DNA from: Planctomycetota bacterium
GTDB taxonomy: Bacteria > Planctomycetota > UBA1135 > UBA2386
Assembly: GCA_965228735.1 (NCBI GenBank)
Contig: OZ245838.1
Location: 2,848,001 to 2,912,000, forward strand
Direction of reading: 5' to 3'
DNA: 64,000 nucleotides
Both the position numbers and the translations under genes were made by a program. Below, piece after piece: positions 48,224-57,113 of the stretch. The notes under the pieces are model-generated. The model made no database searches, had not been told where the DNA came from, and saw only the letters and a program-made list of their open reading frames with translations. The stretch's first letter is position 1, and each line of letters opens with the position of its first letter.

Positions 48224-49825
48224 CTAGACCAGCGCGTCGCTCTGCTCGCTACTGCCCTCGGTTACCGGCGTGCTATCGGCGTCCCGGGTCGGCAAGGCGA
48301 AGGAGAAATCGGCACCTTGTCCCAATTGGCTCGAGACCTCGATGCAACTGCCGTGTGCTTCGACGATCCCCTTGGCCACGAACAGGCCGAGACCAGCGCC
48401 GCCGTGGTGGCGGGTGAGCGGGTCCTCGACCTGGAAGAACTTCTCGAAGATCCGCCGCTGGTAACGCGGATCCACGCCGATGCCGTTGTCCCGAACCCGG
48501 AACCGCGGCGCCCCTCCCTCGGATGGAGTGATGGAAACTTCGACAGTCCCACCGTCCGGCGTGAACTTCACGGCGTTCTCGACGAGCGCCTGGCACGCGC
48601 GCCTGAGGTCGGCGCGGTCGACGAACACCTCGCGGTCCTCGACGTTGCTCGCGATCTCGAACTGCAGGTCGATCCGGCGATCGCGTGACGACTGCTCGAA
48701 CGGCGACAGCAGCCCGGCGGCGAACTCCGAGACGGGGCACGCGTCGCGATCCTGGCCGTAGTCGGCGGACTCCAGGCTGCCGAGGTTGATGAGCTTGTCG
48801 ATCTGGTGCTCGAGCCGCAGGGACTGCTCGCGGATCGATTCACAGACCTCGCTCTGCGTCGCCGTGAGCTCGCCGAGCGTCCCCTTCGTCATCATCGTCG
48901 AGAACGTCTTGATGCCCGTGAGCGGCGTGCGCAGCTCGTGCGCGACGATCGACAGATACTGGTTCTTGAGCTGGTCCGTCTTGAACTCGGCCGTCACGTC
49001 CTTGAGGACCGACAGGGCACCCGCGGGCCGGCCGCGGTAGTCCGAGACCTGCGACGTGCTGCACTGGATGTAGACCAGGTCCTGCTCGTTGTGATGGACC
49101 TCGACGGTCTGCGTGACGTCCTTCTTCGATTCCTGCTGCAGCCGGTCGTGGTCGCGGGCGAGGGCTTCGACGAGTTCGCTCTGCCCCCCCATGGCGCGCA
49201 GCGGCTTGCCGATCGCCACGAACGACTTCGTCCCCAGCAGGTTCTCGGCGACCGGGTTGAGGAGCGTGACGTTGCCGCCGCGGTCCACGAACACGATCCC
49301 GTCCATGATGTTGGTGATGATGGTCATCAGTCGTGACAGATCGAGAAAGAAGGTGTCCTGACTCTCCTGGAAACGCTGCGCCTGCTCGGCGCAGCGGTGC
49401 CGCAACTTGGTCGCGAGATACTCGTGCCGCCCGAGTTCGTCGCGCTGACGCCGGGCATCTTGGCCGCGCCGCGCCGCCGCCGTGAGGACCGCCGAGATCG
49501 TCTCTGGGTCGTCGGCGGGCGAGACGAGGCCCGCCGCGCCCAGGCGGAGAGCGAGTCGACAGGCGGGCACCGACGGCGCCTCGTGAGTGCCGAGCACGAG
49601 CGGCGTCGCGTATTCGGCCGCGAGACCGGCGAGTTCGCGACCGTCACCGCAGAGGCGCAGATCGGCGAGCAGGATCGCGGGGTCACCGTCGGCGAGCGCG
49701 AGCCGGGCAGCGCTCAGCCCCGCGACGGTGGTCGATTGCCAGCCGGCGTCGCCGACTCGACCTCCGATCGCGTCGGCCAGTCGGCCGTCGGCGTCGGCGA
49801 GCAGGATCCTCTTGGTGATCGCCAT
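48224..49825 (-). CDS. Cytoplasmic REC-like/PAS histidine kinase
   Basis: PAS (DGIVFVD..NPVAE), H-box AHELRTPL, ENAVKF, DNGIG, GAGLGL; no TM helix. Confidence 0.93.
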   Translation of the reverse strand: MAITKRILLADADGRLADAIGGRVGDAGWQSTTVAGLSAARLALADGDPAILLADLRLCGDGRELAGLAAEYATPLVLGTHEAPSVPACRLALRLGAAGLVSPADDPETISAVLTAAARRGQDARRQRDELGRHEYLATKLRHRCAEQAQRFQESQDTFFLDLSRLMTIITNIMDGIVFVDRGGNVTLLNPVAENLLGTKSFVAIGKPLRAMGGQSELVEALARDHDRLQQESKKDVTQTVEVHHNEQDLVYIQCSTSQVSDYRGRPAGALSVLKDVTAEFKTDQLKNQYLSIVAHELRTPLTGIKTFSTMMTKGTLGELTATQSEVCESIREQSLRLEHQIDKLINLGSLESADYGQDRDACPVSEFAAGLLSPFEQSSRDRRIDLQFEIASNVEDREVFVDRADLRRACQALVENAVKFTPDGGTVEVSITPSEGGAPRFRVRDNGIGVDPRYQRRIFEKFFQVEDPLTRHHGGAGLGLFVAKGIVEAHGSCIEVSSQLGQGADFSFALPTRDADSTPVTEGSSEQSDALV

Positions 49826-49919
49826 GGCACGGAAAGCGGAATCATGGACGCACGATCGCCGTCGGCCGCGAGCCGCAGCCGGGAAGCGTCCGTTCGAGGG
49901 GGCGCTGGCGCGCCAGCGC

Positions 49920-50306
49920 TCAGCCGTTCTTGATCGCCGAGAGCGCGTCGTCTTCCGTGTCGAAGATCGACAGGTGCTTGCTGATGCGCATGATCTCGAA
50001 GATCTTGATGATGAACGGCTTGATGTTGCTCAGGTAGAGCTTCGCGTTCCGGCAGGACGTGACGTTGTTCGCCACGATGATCAGGCCGACACCGCAAGAA
50101 TCGATGATCTTGACGCTGTCGAGGTTCAACACGAAGTGTTCGTAGCCTTCCTCGATCTTGCTGTTGATCGCTTCCTTCAGCGACTCCTTCAGCGAGTCGG
50201 TCACATAGAAGTTCAGGCTACGATCGTTGAAGGAGATGATGACGGTCCGATCGTCCTTCAGCGTGGTGATGGACAGGCCCTGGCTCTTCTTTCCGACGAT
50301 TTCCAT
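49920..50306 (-). CDS. STAS-domain anti-sigma factor antagonist
   Basis: LNLDSVKIIDSCGVG with the phosphorylatable Ser, IFDTEDDAL; SD GAGGG. Confidence 0.92.
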   Translation of the reverse strand: MEIVGKKSQGLSITTLKDDRTVIISFNDRSLNFYVTDSLKESLKEAINSKIEEGYEHFVLNLDSVKIIDSCGVGLIIVANNVTSCRNAKLYLSNIKPFIIKIFEIMRISKHLSIFDTEDDALSAIKNG

Positions 50307-50490
50307 TGTTCCCTCGATGATCATGGGGCGCGATCGGTCGCACCTTCGCTCCGCGGTCATCGACCACCCCGCCGCGCGAGTTGAGCAGGGCCGGGGTATT
50401 TGTCCGGATGCCGGCGGCCCGGATCGCGCGCCCCCGCGGCGGAAGCGCCCATCGCACCGCCCTCCGGCGCGGCTGGCCCCGGGGAACGCC

Positions 50491-51300
50491 CTACGGCGCC
50501 GAATCCTCGGCCTCGCCACCGGCCGGACCACCCTCCGGACCATCAGCCGCGGCACGCCGTTCGCCCGGCGGCTGCGCGGGGCCGGGTGGCGCCTCGACCT
50601 CCTCGCCGTGGTAGCGCGCCCGCACGTTGGCCCGACCGATCTCGGCGAGGACGTCCGGACTCTTCTTCAGCCCGAGCTGGTTCGCCTTGTTCGCCACGCT
50701 CGCAACCGTCCGGCCGAGCTGCTGCGCGATCTCGAGGTTGTCGCGGTCGGGATAGAGCGCGCGCAGGGACCGGATCTCGGCCTCGGTCCACCGCGGCATG
50801 CGCGCCCGCCCGGCACCACCCTGCTTCTGGCGTTCGGTCGCCGCGAAGCGCTTGTCCTTGGCGAGGCACAGCTGCCGCGCCATCTCGGCGATGTCGCCCT
50901 GCGCCCGCTGCAGACAGACCTCGAGATGGGCGTCTGACCGCGAGCCGTAGAACTCCTTGAGGCGCTGGCGCTCGGCGGCACGCCACGGCCCGGTGCGCAG
51001 GTCCTGGCGCAGCTCCCTGGCGCGAGCCTCGACCTGGGCGATGGGCCGCCCGAGCATCGCGCTGAGGAGCCGCATCTCGACCGCCCCCCAGGCGTCCCGC
51101 AGCAGCCCGTCGTCAGCCGCGGCCCACGGTCCGCGCCGCGGAGCCACGCGCATGATCTCCATCGCCTTGCGGTAGACGCTCGCCGACGACCGCCGCAGCA
51201 GGGTGGCCGCATCGTCTACGCCACGCCGCGGCAGCAGGTGCCGGAGCCGTTCGAGCTCCTGCACCGACCAGTTGCCGCGTCGCAGCGATCGCCCGCTCAT
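50491..51300 (-). CDS. Protein with four Myb/SANT-like helix-turn-helix repeats
   Basis: Repeats start RRGNWSVQE, RRGPWAAAD, RTGPWRAAE and RMPRWTEAE, each ending with (L)xR...V/I...A..L; ATGA overlap with ptsI. Confidence 0.8.
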   Translation of the reverse strand: MSGRSLRRGNWSVQELERLRHLLPRRGVDDAATLLRRSSASVYRKAMEIMRVAPRRGPWAAADDGLLRDAWGAVEMRLLSAMLGRPIAQVEARARELRQDLRTGPWRAAERQRLKEFYGSRSDAHLEVCLQRAQGDIAEMARQLCLAKDKRFAATERQKQGGAGRARMPRWTEAEIRSLRALYPDRDNLEIAQQLGRTVASVANKANQLGLKKSPDVLAEIGRANVRARYHGEEVEAPPGPAQPPGERRAAADGPEGGPAGGEAEDSAP

Positions 51301-53063
51301 GCCCCGAGATCCTCCGCTGCCTCGGACAGGAACCGCGCCCACCGCACCTGGATCTCTTCCTCGACGAGCTGCCGCACCGCGCGCGTCGACTGCATCGCCG
51401 CTGCCCGGGCCGCCAGCTCGCGACACTCGGTCTCGCTGAAGCTGCGGAGCATGAGCTTGACGCGCCGCAGGAACACCGGCGCCATGGACAGCTCCCGGAT
51501 CCCGAGTCCGACGAGGATCGGCGTGAACCAGTGATCGCCGGCGATCTCACCGCAGATCGACACCCGCTTGCCGCCCGTCGCCGCGATGTCGGCGATCTGC
51601 TTGAGCGTGCGCAGGATGCCCGGATGGAACGGGTCGTACATCTTCGCGACCCGCTGGTTGTCGCGGTCCACCGCGAGCAGGTACTGCACGAGGTCGTTGG
51701 TCCCGACCGACACGAAGTCGACGAGCGGCAGCACGTCGGGCAGGACCTGCACCATGACGGGCACTTCGACCATCACACCGAGCTCGATGTCGGCGTCGTG
51801 ATCGATGCCGTTCTCCTGCAGGTCCTCGATGAGTTGGTCGAGGACCTCGCGGCAACGCACGACCTCGCTGCGCGCGGTGACCATCGGCAGCAGGATACGC
51901 GCGTGACCGAGCGCGCCGGCGCGCAGGATCGCGCGCATCTGGGTGTAGAGGATGTCCGGCCAATCGAGGCACAGCCGGATCCCGCGCCAGCCGAGGACCG
52001 GGTTGCGCTCCTCGGGCATGCGGAAGTAGCCGAGCGGCTTGTCGCCGCCGACGTCGAGCGTCCGGAACGTCACAGGCTTGCCCCCGGCGCTCTCCATGGC
52101 CTGGCGATACATCGCGACCTGCTCGTCCTCGGTCGGGAACTGCCGGCGCTCCATGAACGCGAACTCGGTCCGGAACAGCCCGACGCCCGCGACCTCGTCG
52201 GTCTCGAGCCCGCTGAGGTCGTGCACGCTCTCGGCGTTGGCCAGCAGGTCGATCTGCGTGCCGTCGAGCGTGACGGACGGCTGCAGCCGGATCTCGGCCA
52301 GGCGCTTCTCGACCGCGCGCTGCTCGTTCTGCAGTCGTTCGTAGTGCTGCAGCTCTTCCTCGCCCGGATCGAGGATGACGATGCCGGCATCGCCGTCGAC
52401 GATGACCTCGGTGCCGGTCGCTGACTCGAGCATGAGGCCCTCGATGCCGACCACGGCCGGGATCCCGAGGGAACGACTGAGGATCGAACCGTGCGAGTAC
52501 TTGCCGCCGTGCGCGGTGATGATGCCCTGCAGGTGGGTGCGGTCGAGGATGCCCGCGTCGCTCGGCAGGAACTCGTCGGCCGCGAAGACGAAGTCTCGGC
52601 CGTCGGCGATGTACTTCCGGCGCTCGCGCGTCATGCACGCGGCCACGAGCTGGCGACCGATGTCACGCAGGTCGGCCGCGCGTTCGCGCATCGCCGGGTT
52701 GTCCATCTTCTCGAAGACCTCCTCGTAGCGCGCGATCACGCGCTGGAAGGCGGCCTCGAGGTTGACGCCGTTCTCGATCTCGGCTTCGACGTCCTGCCGG
52801 AAGGTCGGGTCGTGCACGATCGCGAGCTGCGCATCGAAGATCCCGGCGTCGTGGTTCTCGATCGCGGTCGCGAGTTCTTTGCGGAGCCCGAGGAGCCCCT
52901 CCGTAACGGACGAGATCGCGGCGGTCAGGCGCTGCTTCTCGGCCTCGAACCGCTCGGGACCGACCTTGTACGTCGGGATCTGATCGAGCGTCGAGTGGAA
53001 CTGCACGATCGGCGCGATCGCCACGCCCGGCGCGGCGGCGATTCCTTTGAGCTTCCGGACCAT
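51297..53063 (-). CDS. ptsI: Phosphoenolpyruvate-protein phosphotransferase (PTS Enzyme I), no GAF domain
   Basis: GGKYSHGSILSR (active-site His), GVGLFRTEF, RTLDVGGDK, SVGTNDLVQY, ICGE. Confidence 0.96.
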   Translation of the reverse strand: MVRKLKGIAAAPGVAIAPIVQFHSTLDQIPTYKVGPERFEAEKQRLTAAISSVTEGLLGLRKELATAIENHDAGIFDAQLAIVHDPTFRQDVEAEIENGVNLEAAFQRVIARYEEVFEKMDNPAMRERAADLRDIGRQLVAACMTRERRKYIADGRDFVFAADEFLPSDAGILDRTHLQGIITAHGGKYSHGSILSRSLGIPAVVGIEGLMLESATGTEVIVDGDAGIVILDPGEEELQHYERLQNEQRAVEKRLAEIRLQPSVTLDGTQIDLLANAESVHDLSGLETDEVAGVGLFRTEFAFMERRQFPTEDEQVAMYRQAMESAGGKPVTFRTLDVGGDKPLGYFRMPEERNPVLGWRGIRLCLDWPDILYTQMRAILRAGALGHARILLPMVTARSEVVRCREVLDQLIEDLQENGIDHDADIELGVMVEVPVMVQVLPDVLPLVDFVSVGTNDLVQYLLAVDRDNQRVAKMYDPFHPGILRTLKQIADIAATGGKRVSICGEIAGDHWFTPILVGLGIRELSMAPVFLRRVKLMLRSFSETECRELAARAAAMQSTRAVRQLVEEEIQVRWARFLSEAAEDLGA

Positions 53064-53165
53064 CCGATGGCATGAGGTTTTCGGGGACCGTGCAGCACTT
53101 TGCAACAGACGGCTTCATCCGCGGAACCACGGATGCCGATTCTGGGCTGTGCACCGGAGGCATCG

Positions 53166-54662
53166 ATGAACAGAGCGGACGGAAACAAGGGGCTGCCGGG
53201 TTTCTTGGATGAACAGGACTCGGCGAATTCCCTGTCGGGGAATGACCCGCAGCGGACGGACGACGCGGCGCCGGACGTCGAGGACGACGAAGACGTCGAA
53301 ACGCTCACGGACGACGACGCATTCGGGGAAGCCGAATGCGATGACGGCGACGTGACGGCGAACGGCGACGACGATTGCGGCGATAGCGACGATGACGAGT
53401 TCTACGACCACGCCGAGGGCGACGACGAGAACGCGACGTTCGGCGAAGGCGACTTCGATTCGGACGAGTTCGACGACGAGGACCACGACGACGATGACGA
53501 CGACGACGACGACGTCGCGCCCGAGCCACGTCGGAGTCGCTCCTCGCGAACCCGCACTCGCCGCAGCCGGCGCACGGCGGCGCCTCAGACCAGTGGCGGC
53601 GGACTCGCGACGGGGTTCGGCATCGTTCTGCTGATCGGCGGCATCGGCCTCGGCTTCGCGGCCGCGGCGCAGCAGAACGTCGCGCAGTTCGGCCTCACGC
53701 CGACGACGCTCATCGTGCTCGGTGGCGTAGCGCTCGGCGTCGGCTCGGTCCGGCGCGGCCTCGGCAAGCTGCACCAGGGCATGTTGGACAGCCAGGAGCA
53801 GAGCGCGAGCGAGCTCGAGGCTCAGGTCAGCGAGGTCGTCGAGCAGCTCGAACAGCGCGCGACCCCGGACCTGCCGCAGGAAGGCCTGACCGGCGACGTG
53901 CAGCACGTCCTCCTCGCCCTGCAGAAGCAGGACGAGAAGACGAACAACCTCACGAAGGCGATCAAGATGTACGGCAAGCCGCTCATGGACATTGCCAACC
54001 ACGGGACGGAGCTCGCGGCCGCGCTCGCCCAGCTCAAGACCGAGGTGGAGACGCACGGCGAGAACGCCAAGAAGGCGTGGACGCACATCGACAAGCAGGT
54101 GCGCGCGTCGGGCGGCGAAGCCGCGCTCGAGAAGCTCGGCAAGTTCGAGGTTGCGATCCAGGCGCTGTCGCAGCGCCTCGAGGAGAGCGCGAAGACGCTG
54201 ATCCGCGTCGAGGAAGCGGCCGGCAAGTCCAACGAGCAGCTGCAGCAGCTCTCGCGCGGCGAATCCGTCGAAGCCGCAGCGAAGTCGCTCGCCGACCAGC
54301 TCGACCAGGCGACGAACAACCTGCAGGGCAGCATGAGCGACCTGCGCGACGGCAACCTCGGCGAGCTCGACACGACCGTGCGCGGTATCCAACGCGACGT
54401 CGCGACGGTCGCGACCGCCGTCTCGCAGATCCAGGCCGCGATCAAGAGCGGCGCGACGGCGCGCCCGGCGCCGACGTCCGCACCGGCGGCCGCGGCCAAC
54501 GGCGGAGCGTCCGCGCCGGCGCCGAGCGCTCCCGCCCCGGCCGCGGTCGGCGGCGGCGGCGGCGACGGCGAGGAGTCCGCCGGCTACTCCACGGGCAAGC
54601 GCCGCAGCGGCGGCAAGAACGTGCTCGGCGCGATCGCCAAGCTCAAGCAGATGAAGGGCTGA
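53166..54662 (+). CDS. Hypothetical membrane protein: acidic N-terminus, two TM helices, long coiled coil
   Basis: SD GGAGG, typical codon usage, D/E-rich first ~120 aa, heptad-rich C-terminal half. Confidence 0.85.
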   Translation: MNRADGNKGLPGFLDEQDSANSLSGNDPQRTDDAAPDVEDDEDVETLTDDDAFGEAECDDGDVTANGDDDCGDSDDDEFYDHAEGDDENATFGEGDFDSDEFDDEDHDDDDDDDDDVAPEPRRSRSSRTRTRRSRRTAAPQTSGGGLATGFGIVLLIGGIGLGFAAAAQQNVAQFGLTPTTLIVLGGVALGVGSVRRGLGKLHQGMLDSQEQSASELEAQVSEVVEQLEQRATPDLPQEGLTGDVQHVLLALQKQDEKTNNLTKAIKMYGKPLMDIANHGTELAAALAQLKTEVETHGENAKKAWTHIDKQVRASGGEAALEKLGKFEVAIQALSQRLEESAKTLIRVEEAAGKSNEQLQQLSRGESVEAAAKSLADQLDQATNNLQGSMSDLRDGNLGELDTTVRGIQRDVATVATAVSQIQAAIKSGATARPAPTSAPAAAANGGASAPAPSAPAPAAVGGGGGDGEESAGYSTGKRRSGGKNVLGAIAKLKQMKG

Positions 54663-54700
54663 GCCGGCCGGCCGCGGCCGGTTGCGTTACGCTGCCGGCC

Positions 54701-54934
54701 GTGACCGAACGCGACTCCACAGCGGCCCCCACCCCGCCCGACTCGGCCGTTTGCCCCTCGTGCGCGCGCCCCAACGGCTGCGCGATGGCCCGCGACCCCG
54801 CCGCGGACGGCGCCGACTGCTGGTGCAAGTCGGTCACGTTCGCAGAAACGACCCTCGCCCGCATCCCCGATGCCGCGAAGGACCGCGCCTGCATCTGTCA
54901 GCAGTGCGCAACCGGCCGGCAGCAACGCAACTGA
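54701..54934 (+). CDS. Cysteine-rich CWC family protein
   Basis: CPSC..NGC..CWC..CICQQC pattern. Confidence 0.88.
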   Translation: MTERDSTAAPTPPDSAVCPSCARPNGCAMARDPAADGADCWCKSVTFAETTLARIPDAAKDRACICQQCATGRQQRN

Positions 54935-54935
54935 C

Positions 54936-55047
54936 ACCCGTACGGAACCAGGTTCATGCTGCCGGCCCCGGAGGCGCCACCCGCGCGGCGAACGGCCTGC
55001 CGCCGGCAGCATGAACCTGGTTCCGTACGGGTTGGTTCCGTACGGGT
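54936..55047. repeat. 31-bp perfect inverted repeat with 35-nt spacer plus 15-bp terminal duplication
   Basis: ACCCGTACGGAACCAGGTTCATGCTGCCGGC at 54936-54966 and its reverse complement at 55002-55032; TGGTTCCGTACGGGT repeated at 55033-55047. Confidence 0.95.
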
Positions 55048-55051
55048 TACG

Positions 55052-55549
55052 TCACTCGATTTCCACGAGCAGGGCGCCGGCCGTGACGGCGTCGCCCGTC
55101 TTGCACAGCACGCGCACGACCTTGCCGGCGGACTCGGCGCAGAGCGGGTTCTGCATCTTCATGGCCTCGAGCACGACGAGTGCTTGCCCGGGCTCGACCT
55201 CGGCCCCGGCCTCGACCTTGACGTCGACGACGATGCCGGGCATCGCGGCGCGGAGCTCCTGCTTGCCCGAGGTCTTGTTGCCGGCCACGGCCATGGCCGC
55301 GCGCTCGCGCCCGTCCTCGACCTCGACGACGAAGCGTTCGCCGACGACCGCGAGATCGACCTTGCGACCGTCGATGGCCGCGGCGACGTCGTAGCTCCGA
55401 CCGTCGACGAGCAGCGAGAACAGCGAGTCGTCGACCCGGGACAGATCGAGCTCGTAGGTCCGGTCGCCGGAACGCGCGACGAGCCCGTTCGCAGTCTGCT
55501 CGAACTCGAACTCGCGCTCCTCGTCACCGACCTTGGCGTAGTACTTCAT
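55052..55549 (-). CDS. Biotin carboxyl carrier protein
   Basis: AMPG..VVLEAMKMQN biotinylation motif. Confidence 0.95.
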   Translation of the reverse strand: MKYYAKVGDEEREFEFEQTANGLVARSGDRTYELDLSRVDDSLFSLLVDGRSYDVAAAIDGRKVDLAVVGERFVVEVEDGRERAAMAVAGNKTSGKQELRAAMPGIVVDVKVEAGAEVEPGQALVVLEAMKMQNPLCAESAGKVVRVLCKTGDAVTAGALLVEIE

Positions 55550-57048
55550 CGCATCGACCTCCCGAGCTGCGCGGCGCGGCCCATCATCGCCCAGCGGGAC
55601 GCCGCCGGACCGCCCCCACCGCCGTCCGACGCCGCAGCTCGCGCCGCCGCGCGCTCGCGCTGCAGGTACCGCGTCGCGGCCGCCGCGAGCATCGCGAGTT
55701 CACGGCGGTCCGCGGTCGTCGCGCGGTCCATGCGTGCGAGGATGCCGGTGTCGTAATCGCCCTCGACGAACTCCGCGTTGCGCAGCGTCGCGAGCGCGAC
55801 CGGCATCGACGTCGCGACGCCGACGAGAACGAACTCCTTGAGCGCACGCTGGCAGCGCGCGATCGCCTCCGCCCGATCGGCGCCGTGCACGACGAGCTTG
55901 GCGAGCATGCTGTCGTAGTGCGGCGTGACCTCGAGCCCCGCGTAGATCGCGCTGTCGAGCCGCACACCCGGACCGCCGGGCGCGCCGACGCGCTTCACCG
56001 TGCCGAGCACCGGGAAGTAGGTCACCGGGTCCTCCGCGTTGACGCGGACCTCGATCGAGTGCCCGTGCGGCGTCGCCGGCTGGGTGACCTTCTCGCCCGC
56101 CGCAACGCGGATCTGCTCGCGCACGAGGTCGACCCCGTAGCGCATCTCGGTCACGGGGTGCTCGACCTGCAGCCGCGTGTTCATCTCGAGGAAGTAGAAC
56201 TCGCCCTCGCTGTAGAGGAACTCGACCGTGCCCGCGCCGACGTAGTCGACCGCGCGCGCGAGATCGCAGGCCGACTGCCCCATCCGCTCCCGCAGCTCCG
56301 GCGTGAGGGCCACGCACGGGGACTCCTCGACGAGCTTCTGGTGCCGGCGCTGCACCGAGCACTCGCGCTCGCCGTAGTGCACGACGCCGCCGTGCTGGTC
56401 CGCCATGAGCTGGATCTCGACGTGGCGCGGCCGCGTGACGAACTTCTCGAGGTAGACGCGATCGTCGCCGAACGAGCTCTTCGCCTCGGCGCGCGCGAGC
56501 TCGAACGCCGGGATCAGCCCGGCCTCGTTCTCGACGATGCGGATGCCCTTGCCGCCGCCGCCGGCCGCAGCCTTGAGCATCACGGGGTAGCCGATCTTCC
56601 CGGCCGCGGCCGCGAGCCGGTCGGCCGTCATGTTCTCCTGCAGCCCGGGCACGAGCGGCACGCCCGCCTGCTCGGCGATCTTGCGCGCCTCGACCTTGTC
56701 GCCCATCGACGTGATCGCGGCGGGCGGCGGGCCGAGGAACGCGATCCCGCGCTCCTTGCACGCCTTCGCGAACGCGGCGTTCTCGCTCAGGAACCCGTAG
56801 CCCGGGTGCAGCGCGTCGCACTCGAGCCGCGTGGCCGCGCCGAGCACCTTGTCGAAGTCGAGATAGCTGTCCTTGGCGGATTCGCCGCCGAGCGCCACTG
56901 CGTGATCCGCGCGGCGCACGTGCAGCGCGTTGCGGTCCGGCTCGGAGAAGATCGCGACCGTCTCGATGCCCATTTCCTGGGCCGTTCGAATGACGCGCAG
57001 CGCGATCTCACCGCGGTTGGCCACCAGGAGTCTGCGGAAGTAGGGCAT
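55546..57048 (-). CDS. accC: Biotin carboxylase subunit of acyl-CoA carboxylase
   Basis: VANRGEIA, HPGYGFLSEN, GGGGKG, ECSVQRRHQK, EMNTRLQVEHPVTE, YDSMLAK. Confidence 0.93.
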   Translation of the reverse strand: MPYFRRLLVANRGEIALRVIRTAQEMGIETVAIFSEPDRNALHVRRADHAVALGGESAKDSYLDFDKVLGAATRLECDALHPGYGFLSENAAFAKACKERGIAFLGPPPAAITSMGDKVEARKIAEQAGVPLVPGLQENMTADRLAAAAGKIGYPVMLKAAAGGGGKGIRIVENEAGLIPAFELARAEAKSSFGDDRVYLEKFVTRPRHVEIQLMADQHGGVVHYGERECSVQRRHQKLVEESPCVALTPELRERMGQSACDLARAVDYVGAGTVEFLYSEGEFYFLEMNTRLQVEHPVTEMRYGVDLVREQIRVAAGEKVTQPATPHGHSIEVRVNAEDPVTYFPVLGTVKRVGAPGGPGVRLDSAIYAGLEVTPHYDSMLAKLVVHGADRAEAIARCQRALKEFVLVGVATSMPVALATLRNAEFVEGDYDTGILARMDRATTADRRELAMLAAAATRYLQRERAAARAAASDGGGGGPAASRWAMMGRAAQLGRSMR

Positions 57049-57113
57049 CGGGGCCCCGAAACGTAGCGCCCCGCCATGCGAAATCGAGCGCGCTGGCCGG
57101 TAGAACGGAAGGC

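Noticed and set aside
49920..50306. Lower-GC STAS gene as a horizontally acquired island
   Set aside because: The drop comes from Lys/Ile/Asn-rich composition; third positions stay G/C-rich and there are no mobility signs.
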